A stretch of DNA of 64,000 nucleotides from Nitrospiraceae bacterium (GTDB lineage Bacteria; Nitrospirota; Nitrospiria; Nitrospirales; Nitrospiraceae): the NCBI GenBank assembly GCA_035573855.1, contig DATLZU010000026.1, positions 3,392-67,391 on the forward strand, written 5' to 3'. Both the position numbers and the translations under genes were made by a program. The notes beneath the pieces were generated by a model. The model did not search any database and was not told the origin of the DNA. It was given only the letters and a program-made list of their open reading frames with translations. The number at the start of each line of letters is the position of its first letter. Position 1 is the stretch's first letter. Positions 18,525 through 27,062 of the stretch are shown here, piece by piece.

Positions 18525-19882
18525 ATCGGTCGTCTTCAGCCGACCGCTATGAACCGGCCGGCCGGCATCAAGTCGGCTGGTTTACCGCCGCCTGTGTGCT
18601 GGTGAGCAACATCATCGGCGGCGGAATCTTCACCACGACTGGGTTCATGGCACGCGACCTGGGCGACCCGGTCCTGATCCTGACGCTCTGGGTGGTCGGC
18701 GCCGGCTTCGCCCTGGCCGGAGCGATGGCCTACGGCGAGCTCGGCGCAGCGCTGCCGCAGGCCGGCGGCGACTACATCTATCTGCGCCGAGCGTACGGGC
18801 CGTTGGCCGGGTTTCTGAGCGGATGGACTTCGTTGACCATCGGCTTCGGCGCAGCCATCGCGGCTTCGGCGGTGAGCTTCGCCTCCTACTTCCTGCGCGT
18901 CGCCCCGATCGCCGACGACAACGGGTGGGCGGCCAAAGGACTCGCCTTGCTTCTGCTGTGGAGCCTGACCGCCGTCCATGTCGCGGGCGTAGGCGCCGGC
19001 GGGCGGCTACAACGGATGCTGACGACAACGAAGGTCCTCGCCATCCTTGCGCTGGCCCTGGGTGGACTCTCGCTCGGCTCAGGGAGCTGGAAGAATTTCG
19101 CTGTGCGGGCGCCCGACGCCGATCCCGGCGTGGGCACCGTGATGGTGGCGCTGATCTTCGTGATGTACAGCTACCTGGGGTGGAACGTCGCGGGGTATAT
19201 CGCGGGTGAAATCGCCGAGCCAGGGCGGACCCTTCCCAGGATCATGATCGGCGCCACCGCCTTTGTGGGCGCGATGTATCTGCTGCTGAATCTCGTGTAC
19301 CTGTACGCCCTGCCAGTCACCTCGCTGGCGCAGCCGCCGGTGCTGCCGGTGGCCGAAAAAGCCGCTGCCGCCCTTTGGGGTCCGGCGAGCGGACGCTTCG
19401 TCGCGGCGCTACTCTGCCTGTCGATCGCCGGCGCGGTGAGCGCCATGGTGTGGGCCGGTCCACGCGTGTACTGGGCCATGGCGCGGGATGGAGTGTTCGT
19501 CCCCTGGTTCGCCGCCCTCGACAAGAAGACCGGGGTGCCCGTGCGGGCCATCCTGCTCCAGAGCGGCTGGGCTTCGTTGTTGATTCTTACGGGCACCTTC
19601 GAGCAACTGGTGATCTACGGTGGGCTGGTCCTTGCGGTCTTTACGGCTTTCACCGTCGGGGCACTGATCGTGCTCCGACGCCGGCAACCGGACCTGCCGC
19701 GTCCCTATCGGGTGCCGCTCTATCCCGCATTGCCCGGCCTGCTGGTCGTGCTCTCACTGCTCATTGTCGGCTATAGCCTGATCCAACGACCGATCGAGTC
19801 TGCACTGGGCTTCGCGACCGTGCTGGCCGGGATTCCGCTCTACTTTGTTTGGCGCATATCACCCGAGCAGCAGCGGGCATAG
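18521..19882 (+). CDS. APC-family amino acid permease
   Basis: 453 aa with about 12 TM segments. Contains GGGIFTTTG and the GELGAALPQAGGDYIYLRRAYG motif. Confidence 0.85.
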   Translation: MNRSSSADRYEPAGRHQVGWFTAACVLVSNIIGGGIFTTTGFMARDLGDPVLILTLWVVGAGFALAGAMAYGELGAALPQAGGDYIYLRRAYGPLAGFLSGWTSLTIGFGAAIAASAVSFASYFLRVAPIADDNGWAAKGLALLLLWSLTAVHVAGVGAGGRLQRMLTTTKVLAILALALGGLSLGSGSWKNFAVRAPDADPGVGTVMVALIFVMYSYLGWNVAGYIAGEIAEPGRTLPRIMIGATAFVGAMYLLLNLVYLYALPVTSLAQPPVLPVAEKAAAALWGPASGRFVAALLCLSIAGAVSAMVWAGPRVYWAMARDGVFVPWFAALDKKTGVPVRAILLQSGWASLLILTGTFEQLVIYGGLVLAVFTAFTVGALIVLRRRQPDLPRPYRVPLYPALPGLLVVLSLLIVGYSLIQRPIESALGFATVLAGIPLYFVWRISPEQQRA

Positions 19883-20181
19883 ACCCCACCGCTCACCTTA
19901 CACACACGGCGTGAGCTTGTGTAATAAAAAAATTATGCATTGAATCGAGATCTCTCCCACCGATCGATCGGGACCGCCATATTTCCATAGCGCTGAGGCG
20001 CACCAAGGAACGGCAAGCCGAATTGCTCGCCCATCTGCCAGATACTGCATTTCGCCTGCCACAGCGGCATTCGCTTCGGGCTCGATCCTGTGGGCGGCCA
20101 GATGCCCGTCGTGGCGATCTCATGGCAACCGTTTCAGGCGCGGTTATGCTGCTGATCGCCAAGCACAGGACGGGGCCAAGG

Positions 20182-20820
20182 TCAACGGGGCTTGACGGGC
20201 GAACCCTGCACCTTCTGCTCGCCCGCGTGGTGGAGCCGGCCCGGTTTGAAAGCCTGGTAGTACCGCAGCACCTTGCGGACGTAGGCGCGGGTCTCGCGGA
20301 TGCGCGGCAGCGTGCGCCCTTTCACGCGGTGCACGCCGGCATTGTAGGCCGCCAGGGCCAGTGGCAGGTCGCCGTCGTAGCGGTTCAAGAGACGGCGGAG
20401 CTGCCTGGCGCCGGCGCGGATATTCTGGATGGGATCAAGAGGATCAGCGACGCGGAGGGAGGCAGCGGTCCCGGGCATGAGCTGCATGAGCCCGATGGCC
20501 CCTTTGTGGGACATCGCTCGAGGACGAAAATCCGACTCGGCCTTGATGACGGCGCACAGCAGCGCCGGATCGAGCCGATATTGTTTCGCATACCAGTTGA
20601 TGGCGCGGCGAAGCTCCTGGCGGGTGTAGCGCGGCCGTCCGTCCAAGTCCGACTGCGTCGTCGTGGGGAAGGCCAGCAGCAGCGCGCCCACGACCAGAGA
20701 CTCACACAACCCACGCCTGAAACCTGCCCTGAAAAGTCGGTGGTTGGGGGTTGCTGCGGCCATACTCCGCCAATCGCCTGATCCCTCCACTGTCCTTGCT
20801 TGATAGCCGCTTTTTCTCAA
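20182..20820 (-). CDS. Lytic transglycosylase (SLT/GH23 domain), paralog 2
   Basis: Contains AVIKAESDFRPRAMSHKGAIGLMQLMP...ALAAYNAGVHRV. Roughly two-thirds identical by eye to the 16940..17581 product across the catalytic block. Confidence 0.8.
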   Translation of the reverse strand: MRKSGYQARTVEGSGDWRSMAAATPNHRLFRAGFRRGLCESLVVGALLLAFPTTTQSDLDGRPRYTRQELRRAINWYAKQYRLDPALLCAVIKAESDFRPRAMSHKGAIGLMQLMPGTAASLRVADPLDPIQNIRAGARQLRRLLNRYDGDLPLALAAYNAGVHRVKGRTLPRIRETRAYVRKVLRYYQAFKPGRLHHAGEQKVQGSPVKPR

Positions 20821-20978
20821 AATTCGTGCCGATTCCGGTTCTCATGCTAACCTCTCGACCCAGCTTGAGAAATTTTGTTGCCTGCAATGCCGCCGCAGTG
20901 CGGAGATGCACACGGAGCGACCACCGTAGAGATTTTTGCCCCCACCGTTGGTCTCCAAAGAGGGAATCTGAACACCGG

Positions 20979-21338
20979 TCAGACAGAGGGGGTGTCAGAG
21001 TGGGGTGTAGGGAGAGTCTTTGCCGCCTGCGTTCGGTCTTCAAGCCACGTGGCCAAGATCAGCGCACCGAATCCCGGCGTGAAGAGCAGGACGCCGATCG
21101 TCGCGCCCACGATGGCCACGCCGAACAGCTCGTCGAGCGGTTGCCAGAGCGCTTCCCAAGGCAGGCACAACCGCTGGGCGGCGAGAATGAGGTCGGGGAT
21201 CGGCCGGAAGATCACCAGATACCCGTTGCGCGCCAGTTCCACCGCCCACACGATACCTGCCACGGTGTTCCACGCGTAGCCGAACAATCGGAAGGACCGA
21301 ATCGTGCGAGACATACTCCGTTCCCCGCCCCCGGTCAC
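20979..21338 (-). CDS. Small membrane protein, function unknown
   Basis: 119 aa with 2-3 hydrophobic helices. GTG start overlaps the msrA stop (GTGA). An alternative ATG lies at 21314. Confidence 0.45.
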   Translation of the reverse strand: MTGGGERSMSRTIRSFRLFGYAWNTVAGIVWAVELARNGYLVIFRPIPDLILAAQRLCLPWEALWQPLDELFGVAIVGATIGVLLFTPGFGALILATWLEDRTQAAKTLPTPHSDTPSV

Positions 21339-21937
21339 CTCTTGCCCCAGAGCTGGGCGAGCCGCTGAGCTCGACCGCAGTTGAATTTATAGAACTTGTA
21401 ACGGATAGGATTCTTTCTGTAGAAGTCCTGATGATAGTCTTCGGCCGGGTAAAACGGCGAGGCCGGGACAATCTCGGTGACGATGGGTTCCTCGAACGGC
21501 TTCGTTTGTTCGACCGCCAGCTTCGATGCCTCCGCCTGCTTGCGCTGCATCTCGTCGTGATAAAAAATCGCGGAGCGGTACTGATGGCCGGTATCGCAGA
21601 ACTGGCGATCGGGCGTGGTGGGATCGATGTTCCGCCAGAACACCTGCAACAACTTCTCGTAGCTCACCTTCGCCGGGTCGAAGAGAATCTCGACGGCCTC
21701 GGCATGGCCGGTTCCGCCCGCCGACACCTCCTCGTAAGTCGGATGGGCTTGCCTCCCGCCGGTGTAGCCCGAGATGACCGAGGCGACGCCGTCCACCGCC
21801 TCAAACACCTCCTCCATGCACCAGAAACACCCGCCGGCGAAGGTGGCCTTGGCCAACGGGCTTGCCGCCGGCACGTTGAAGGGTCCGGCGACCACGACCG
21901 CAACGATCGAGAGCCGCAGCAGCGACAGGATCTTCAT
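21335..21937 (-). CDS. msrA: Peptide-methionine (S)-S-oxide reductase, exported form
   Basis: Start at ATG 21937 after SD GGGAGGGAGAG. Signal peptide MKILSLLRLSIVAVVVAG, then GGCFWCME and GHAEAVEILFDP. Confidence 0.92.
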   Translation of the reverse strand: MKILSLLRLSIVAVVVAGPFNVPAASPLAKATFAGGCFWCMEEVFEAVDGVASVISGYTGGRQAHPTYEEVSAGGTGHAEAVEILFDPAKVSYEKLLQVFWRNIDPTTPDRQFCDTGHQYRSAIFYHDEMQRKQAEASKLAVEQTKPFEEPIVTEIVPASPFYPAEDYHQDFYRKNPIRYKFYKFNCGRAQRLAQLWGKR

Positions 21938-22022
21938 GGGTCTCTCCCTCCCTTGCCCGGCGGTCGGCGGCCGAAGGCGTTTCTTCTCCCTCCAGCTCGC
22001 CTTTTCCAAACCGCTCGAACGG

Positions 22023-23030
22023 TTAGGATCTCCCCAGCGTGACGACAACGGTCTGTTCTTGTTGCCCGCGCAAGATTTTGACGGTCACTTTCTGGCCCGG
22101 CGTCGTCCGCTCGATTAGATAATTCTTCAACTGCGCACCGGCGGTGATCTCGGTCCCGTCGATCGCCAGAATAACGTCGCCTTTCTGAATACCGGCATCG
22201 CGCGCCGGCCCCATCACTTCGGAGGCCGCCACCCGCCACCGGGTCCCCATCTGAACCGCCGTGAGACCGATGCCAAGTCGCGAAAACGTCGGCTGTTCGC
22301 CGCGAATCAGCGCCGCAACCACCCGATGCACCAGTGATCCCGGCACGGCGAAGGCGAACTGGCTGCAGCGCCCCGGCCCATCCTCCTTTCCTGTCTCGAT
22401 GATGGCGTGCATGACGCCCACCAACTGCCCCTGCTCGTCGAAGAGCCCGCCGCCGGAGTTTCCGCTGCACGCCGGGAGTGCGAGTTGCATGAGCCGACCT
22501 TCCGCCGTCGGCAGAAAGGTGTTCGGATTGCCGATCCGGCCGAAACCGAAGGCCGGGCCCCACCCCAGCGGATAGCCGATCGTCAGAACGGCGTCGCCGG
22601 CTTGAGGCTCGCGCTCCGCAAAGCCCACATTCGGCAAGCGGCCCGCGCCATCCGTCAGGCGATACACTGCGATGTCCAGAAATGCGCTAACCCCAACTAG
22701 TTTGGCCGGCAATTCTTCCACATCCGTCGTCAGCACCCGGATCTCCTCCTGCACGATGCGCTTCCCCCGCTCGTCCCGCTCGACCGCATGGTGCGCCGTC
22801 AGGATGTAGCCGTCATGGAGATGGACTCCCGAGGCCTGCATGACGAAATGCCCCTTGCCGGTCTGCTTGTAGGCCTCGTGCTCCGGCGCGAAGATGCCGA
22901 CCGTGGCCCGTTTCGCCCGCTCGATCCCGCTGACCGTTTCGGCGGACGCCATGCCGGCCCCGACCCCGCCCATGCTCGCCACGACCACCACGCATCCCGC
23001 CGCCAGTATCAGGTTCAGCACGCTGCTCAT
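22023..23030 (-). CDS. Trypsin-like serine protease with C-terminal PDZ (HtrA/DegP-like)
   Basis: Start at ATG 23030 after SD GGAGGAAGG. Catalytic triad contexts LTAHHAV, FLDIAVYRL and GNSGGGLF. PDZ-like block GDVILAIDGTEI. The 559-aa track ORF is an artefactual extension. Confidence 0.85.
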   Translation of the reverse strand: MSSVLNLILAAGCVVVVASMGGVGAGMASAETVSGIERAKRATVGIFAPEHEAYKQTGKGHFVMQASGVHLHDGYILTAHHAVERDERGKRIVQEEIRVLTTDVEELPAKLVGVSAFLDIAVYRLTDGAGRLPNVGFAEREPQAGDAVLTIGYPLGWGPAFGFGRIGNPNTFLPTAEGRLMQLALPACSGNSGGGLFDEQGQLVGVMHAIIETGKEDGPGRCSQFAFAVPGSLVHRVVAALIRGEQPTFSRLGIGLTAVQMGTRWRVAASEVMGPARDAGIQKGDVILAIDGTEITAGAQLKNYLIERTTPGQKVTVKILRGQQEQTVVVTLGRS

Positions 23031-23542
23031 GCCTTCCTCCGATTCAGATGCCGTCTGATCATGTCGACGACCGCCTGCGGCGTGCGCGCCGAGCGAACCA
23101 GCCCGCCGCCAAGTTTCGTGAACATCTTTACCTCCAACGGATCTCCGCCCAGCAGGATCACCGGCTTTCGCGCTTTCAGCGCCAGCGCCACTTCGGAAAT
23201 CGTCCCGGGCCCGCCGGGTCCGCAGGCCACCACCACATCGCTGGAGAGGACGTTGATGTTGTTCCGGGCGTTGCCCATATCGGTGATGATTGCCACATCC
23301 ACGAAGCGTGACACGCGCGTGCCAGCCGTCGGCAAAACCCCGATCGTCAAGCTGCCGGGAATCCGTTTCGCTCCCCGGTTCACCGCGTCCATCACGCCGG
23401 CGGCGCGGCCGCCGGTCAACAACACCCAGCCGTTGCGGGCGATCCCTTCGCCGAGCTCCGAGGCCAACCTCAGATGTTCCCGGGAGGCCTGGCTCGGCCC
23501 CATGACCCCAATCACCGGTCTGCGCCTCACGACGGCGACCAC
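23027..23542 (-). CDS. LOG/TIGR00725-family (lysine-decarboxylase-like, SLOG) protein
   Basis: Contains PVIGVMGPS, LLTGGRAAGVMDAVNRGA and the PGGxGTxxE motif (GPGGPGTISEVALAL). The start is uncertain: GTG 23542, GTG 23530 or ATG 23503. Its stop overlaps the protease ATG (ATGA). Confidence 0.7.
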   Translation of the reverse strand: MVAVVRRRPVIGVMGPSQASREHLRLASELGEGIARNGWVLLTGGRAAGVMDAVNRGAKRIPGSLTIGVLPTAGTRVSRFVDVAIITDMGNARNNINVLSSDVVVACGPGGPGTISEVALALKARKPVILLGGDPLEVKMFTKLGGGLVRSARTPQAVVDMIRRHLNRRKA

Positions 23543-23925
23543 ATAACGTGGATCTCGCGTTGCCTCGGCCCGTCCAGTTCCACCAACAGCACTGATTGCC
23601 ACGTCCCCAACACCAGTGCCCCGTCCTTGACGGGCAGGGTGAGCGATGGCCCCAGAATCGACGCCGCCATGTGGGACCAAGCATGAGCCGGATCATGCGC
23701 ATGCCGAAACCGAATCTTCGGGATCATCTGCTCCACCACATCGAGCAAATCGTCTTCCGTCCCCTCTCCCACTTCGCCGGTCGTGAGCGCGGCGGTCGTG
23801 TGGGCGAGGAACAATGCGCACAGGCCGTCCTTGAGCTTGGCTTGCCGGATCAGCTCGTTCACCCGAGCGGTCAGATCGACGATTTGCTTACGCTGCGACG
23901 TCGCGACCCGAACAATGTGTCCCAC
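23527..23925 (-). CDS. yjbQ: YjbQ/UPF0047 family protein (secondary thiamine-phosphate synthase-like)
   Basis: 132 aa. Contains DGLCALFLAHTTAALTTGE and HAWSHMAASILGPSLTLPVKDG.LVLGTWQ. Confidence 0.8.
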   Translation of the reverse strand: MGHIVRVATSQRKQIVDLTARVNELIRQAKLKDGLCALFLAHTTAALTTGEVGEGTEDDLLDVVEQMIPKIRFRHAHDPAHAWSHMAASILGPSLTLPVKDGALVLGTWQSVLLVELDGPRQREIHVMWSPS

Positions 23926-24037
23926 TTCCGTTCCTTGCGCGAAAACGAAGACGGTCGCCGAGGGCGATGCGTGAACGTATGGTGGCAGCTTTGGGCGGGA
24001 GGGTCAACCGGGCGACGATCGGAGAAGCAGCCGATAG

Positions 24038-25710
24038 TCAGAATCTCGACGAGGTCAGCGTCACGTCGGCGCGCGCCCAGGCCTTCTTGAATCGCTGCTC
24101 CACGGCCGCGGCTTCGTCCGTTTTGTTCTGCTTCCTCAAACTCTGGGCCAGTCCGAACAGCGCCCAGCCGTTTTCCGGGTGTCGCGCCAGGTCCTCCCGG
24201 TAGATCCGCTCCGCCTCGGCCGGGCGGCTCGCTTCGAGCAAGACGGCCCCCAAAGAATGGCGGACCGGATAATACCAGAGCGGAGGCTCATAGTAGCGCA
24301 ACGCGTCTTCCAACGTGATCGCCTCTGCCAAGCGCGAGACGGCCTGCCCTCGATCGCCGCGTCGGGCGGCAATTTCTCCCGCCAGAACTTTCTCCACAAT
24401 CCGCGCCAACACCGCTACCTGACTCCCGCCCAGGGTTCTGGCTCGAGGCAGGGACTTGACCGCTTCGGCCAGTCTCGCCTGTTTCGCATCCGCCTCGTCG
24501 AACCGGCCCATCGCCGCGTAGGCCAATCCGCGCGCGTAGCGCCAGATCGCCGCCGTATATACCAACTCGACCGGAGGCGACGGCACGGTTAATACCTCGC
24601 TCCATTTCCCGAACCGGACCAGCGCAAAGAGGAGCATAGGGGTGAATTCTTCCGTCGAGGGATCGTTGCGCGCCTCGTCCCACGAGACCACTCGGTGGAG
24701 TTCGCGAGCGGCTTGAATGGCTTCCCGGCTTCGCCCTTCCATGGCAAGCACCGCCCAGAGGAAGTGGAGGTTGTACGGATAGTAGCCCGTCGGATAGATG
24801 CCGGTGAGATGCCGGTGTTTTAATATTCTTGATCGACCGCCGCCGCATGCACGTTTCGCTCCACTGCTTCCCGATACCGCCCCAGTCGCAGATAAATGTG
24901 GGCGGGCATATGGACAAGATGACCCGCACCCGGGACCAGCCTCGGGAGCCGTTCGGCGCAGGGAAGTGCGCGTTCCGGCCTCTGCGACGCCTCAACGGCA
25001 TGGATGTAATAGTGACACGCCCCCGGATGGTCAGGGTTCAGCGTCAAGACGCGCTCGAGGATCGCGACGATCTCTTCCGTGTTTCCCTTGGGGCACCCGT
25101 CAGGAGTCCAAAAGTTCCACGGCTGCAGGTCCATGCGCGCTTCGGCGAAGAGCGTACCGGCATCACTGTCATCCGGGTCTCGCTCCCAGACTTCCCGCAT
25201 TGCCTTCGCGTAAGCTCGGTCCAGTGTCTCCCGTTTCGCGTTCGGGTCCGACGAGTACCGGGCGGCGAGTGCCTCGATGTAGGCGCGCTCCTTTGAGCTG
25301 ACGCGCTGGCGCCGCGACAGGGCCTGTTGCAGGGCCTCATACGCCCGGCGTTCCTGTGCCCTGTCCATGGGGGCGTTGATGTTCGGCCCCAGCGTCAGCG
25401 CGATGCCCCAATAGGCCATGGCCGCATTGGGATTGTATCGTGCCGCTTCCTCGAACGAGTGGATCGCCTCCTCGTGATTGAAGGCGTACACCAGCCGGAG
25501 TCCCTGATCAAAATACTGCTGAGCCTTCGCCGATGCCGTGGTGATCGGGTGATGCAGGGCGCCCAGATTGTCGTACAGCGGGACTCCTGCGGACACCTGC
25601 TCCGAGACGTTCTGTCTCGCGCTCGAACACGCTCCAGAAAAAAGCGCCGCAAACAGGACAGCCCCACTCCCCCACACCACAGATCGAGACGCCACGCTCA
25701 CCCTCCCCAT
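24038..25710 (-). pseudogene. Exported TPR-containing protein (~555 aa family), single frameshift
   Basis: The 24820..25710 ORF (lipoprotein-like N-terminus, ...GHLVHMPAHIYLRLGRYREAVERNVHAAAVDQEY) stops at TAA 24820-24822. The adjacent frame is open across the junction and continues LKHRHLTGIYPTGYYPYNLHFLWAVLAMEGRS... to 24038. A 1-nt indel at TATT(T)AAAAC would restore one protein. Confidence 0.75.
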
Positions 25711-25714
25711 ATGC

Positions 25715-26445
25715 TCATAACGACACGTCCGCGCTGGCTGCCGCGACGTCTGGCTCTACGCCGCGCCGCTTGGGTTTCGAGCACCTCACCGCCCGGTTTT
25801 CAGGACTTCGCGGCCTCGCCCGGGCCGACGGCATCACGCGCATCGCCACTTGGTCCAGTTCGTCGCCGAACCGAATCAGGACTTCCTGCTGCGAGCGGAT
25901 CATCGCCTGGAGGTCTCAAACTTGCGCGGTGATCTGCGCCAGCTCCCGCTGCTGAGCCTTGACCCGCTCCCGCAGGGCGATCAGAGTCTTGCCGCCTCTC
26001 ACCATGCGCATCGCCTGCGCACGATCCACAAGCCATCGCATCAGCCCGTAGCTCGCCTCCGCGATGCCGCGCCGCATGCCGTTCGGCTTCGGCGGCCATG
26101 CCGCGAGCCCACGGCTGGCCGTCGATACCACGCGCCGCATTGCGGCCACCGCTTGCGCTCGGCAGAGCGCTGCCGCGAAGCGCAAGGCCTCCACCGCTGT
26201 CGCCCATCGGGAGGCAAACCGTTCCCGCATCGTTCGGAGCAGCATGGCCCGTGCGCGGCCCATGTCCCGACCCGTTTGAACCGCTGAGCGGCGCACGCCA
26301 TCCGGCCTCGGGCGGCGGCCGCTCCCCGCTCGAGTTTCAACAAGACGAGGGTTCGCGAAAACGGATGGCATCCGGGCGACGGGCGTTCCGTAGGAAGAAG
26401 AATCCGGACAAGTTTCACGGGAGCCTCTTTGAACATTCGCGCCAT
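25715..26445 (-). pseudogene. Hypothetical helical protein gene, apparently disrupted (in-frame TGA 25916-25918; probable frame change near 26250-26280)
   Basis: A strong SD (GGAGGTG, 5 nt spacing) precedes ATG 26445 (MARMFKEAPVKLVRILLPTERP...). High third-position GC then moves to the frame of the 25916..26476 ORF (MGRARAMLLRTMRERF...RERVKAQQRELAQITAQV). The same frame and codon bias continue after the TGA (DLQAMIRSQQEVLIRFGDELDQ...) to TGA 25715-25717. Confidence 0.3.
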
Positions 26446-26845
26446 GACAGCACCTCCAATGCGGCGAGCTTCTCAAATGGTCTCAGGCCGCCGTTCGAAT
26501 TGGAAGAGGATGAAAGGAGACGAATCGGTCAGGACCAGAGGAACGTCACGGAGCTTGCGCGCCCGAATGGTGGATCGTATCCGTGCCGAAAGGGTTCAGG
26601 AACGGCCAGGCCGTCTCGGGATCGAGCGAGGAACGTCATGACGTCCTGAAGCCAGCCGCGAACAGCCGGCTAGGGTTTGTGCAGACTGCAGGCACGACTG
26701 ACTTTCTGTGTACGCTTGCCCGACGCCTTAGTCAATGGGAGTCCGCCGGGGACGAGGCGCGTTGTCTGGTTCGAACGGCAGAACCCAGGATGGAGAACGG
26801 CGGACACGTTCGTGAATGCGCCGGGACGGCGAAAAACTGGGGGCG

Positions 26846-26880
26846 GGCCGGCCGCTTCCATGCAGCCAAAGCGGCCGGTC
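26846..26880 (-). terminator. Hairpin downstream of the small secreted-peptide ORF (weak terminator candidate)
   Basis: CCGGCCGCTT (26848-26857) pairs perfectly with AAGCGGCCGG (26869-26878). On the minus strand a T5 run follows about 10 nt later, so it is not adjacent. Confidence 0.3.
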
Positions 26881-26891
26881 TCGCGGCGCAC

Positions 26892-27062
26892 CTACTGCGC
26901 TACGCACAATTCCGGCACCTGCGCACATGCCTCATCCGGCAACGGCGCGGGAACAGGTCTGGGAGGACCAGGCGGCGTGAACGGCGGGCCTTGGGCAATA
27001 ACCGGCGTGGCGAAAATCAACACCGTCAGAACGGCGAACACCAAAAGCAGCGATCGTGTCAT
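26892..27062 (-). CDS. Small secreted proline-rich peptide (56 aa), not in ORF track
   Basis: SD AAGGGAGGTG lies 6 nt before ATG (comp. 27060-27062). Product: MTRSLLLVFAVLTVLIFATPVIA|QGPPFTPPGPPRPVPAPLPDEACAQVPELCVAQ*. Clear Sec-type signal. The mature 33-aa part has 12 Pro and 2 Cys. Confidence 0.5.
   Translation of the reverse strand: MTRSLLLVFAVLTVLIFATPVIAQGPPFTPPGPPRPVPAPLPDEACAQVPELCVAQ

Noticed and set aside
19883-20181. Intergenic hairpins (GCTCAC/GTGAGC and TTACACA/TGTGTAA) next to TAATAAAAAAATTA, considered as a bidirectional terminator between the permease and SLT paralog 2
   Set aside because: On the plus strand the hairpin is followed by an A-run rather than a U-run. On the minus strand the T-run precedes the hairpin. 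The stems are short (6-7 bp), so there is not enough support to call a terminator.
16940-20820. SLT paralogs as terminal repeats of a mobile element or genomic island
   Set aside because: They are diverged protein-coding paralogs rather than near-identical DNA repeats. I see no integrase, transposase, tRNA target or direct-repeat scars.
25916-25918. Selenocysteine (or other recoding) at the in-frame TGA of the hypothetical gene, and at TGA 13289-13291 in the FKBP gene
   Set aside because: The position in FKBP aligns to a conserved Arg, not Cys, and the same gene also carries a TAG and a frameshift. Downstream of 25918 there is only an imperfect stem (GACCUCCAG.../...CAGGAAGUC) without a recognisable bacterial SECIS apical loop. 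Neither protein is a redox enzyme, and no sel genes are in the window.
26485-26508. tRNA-like T-loop string (CGTTCGAATTGG)
   Set aside because: There is no flanking acceptor, D or anticodon stems, and the T-arm cannot pair. No tRNA-like cloverleaf was found anywhere in the window.
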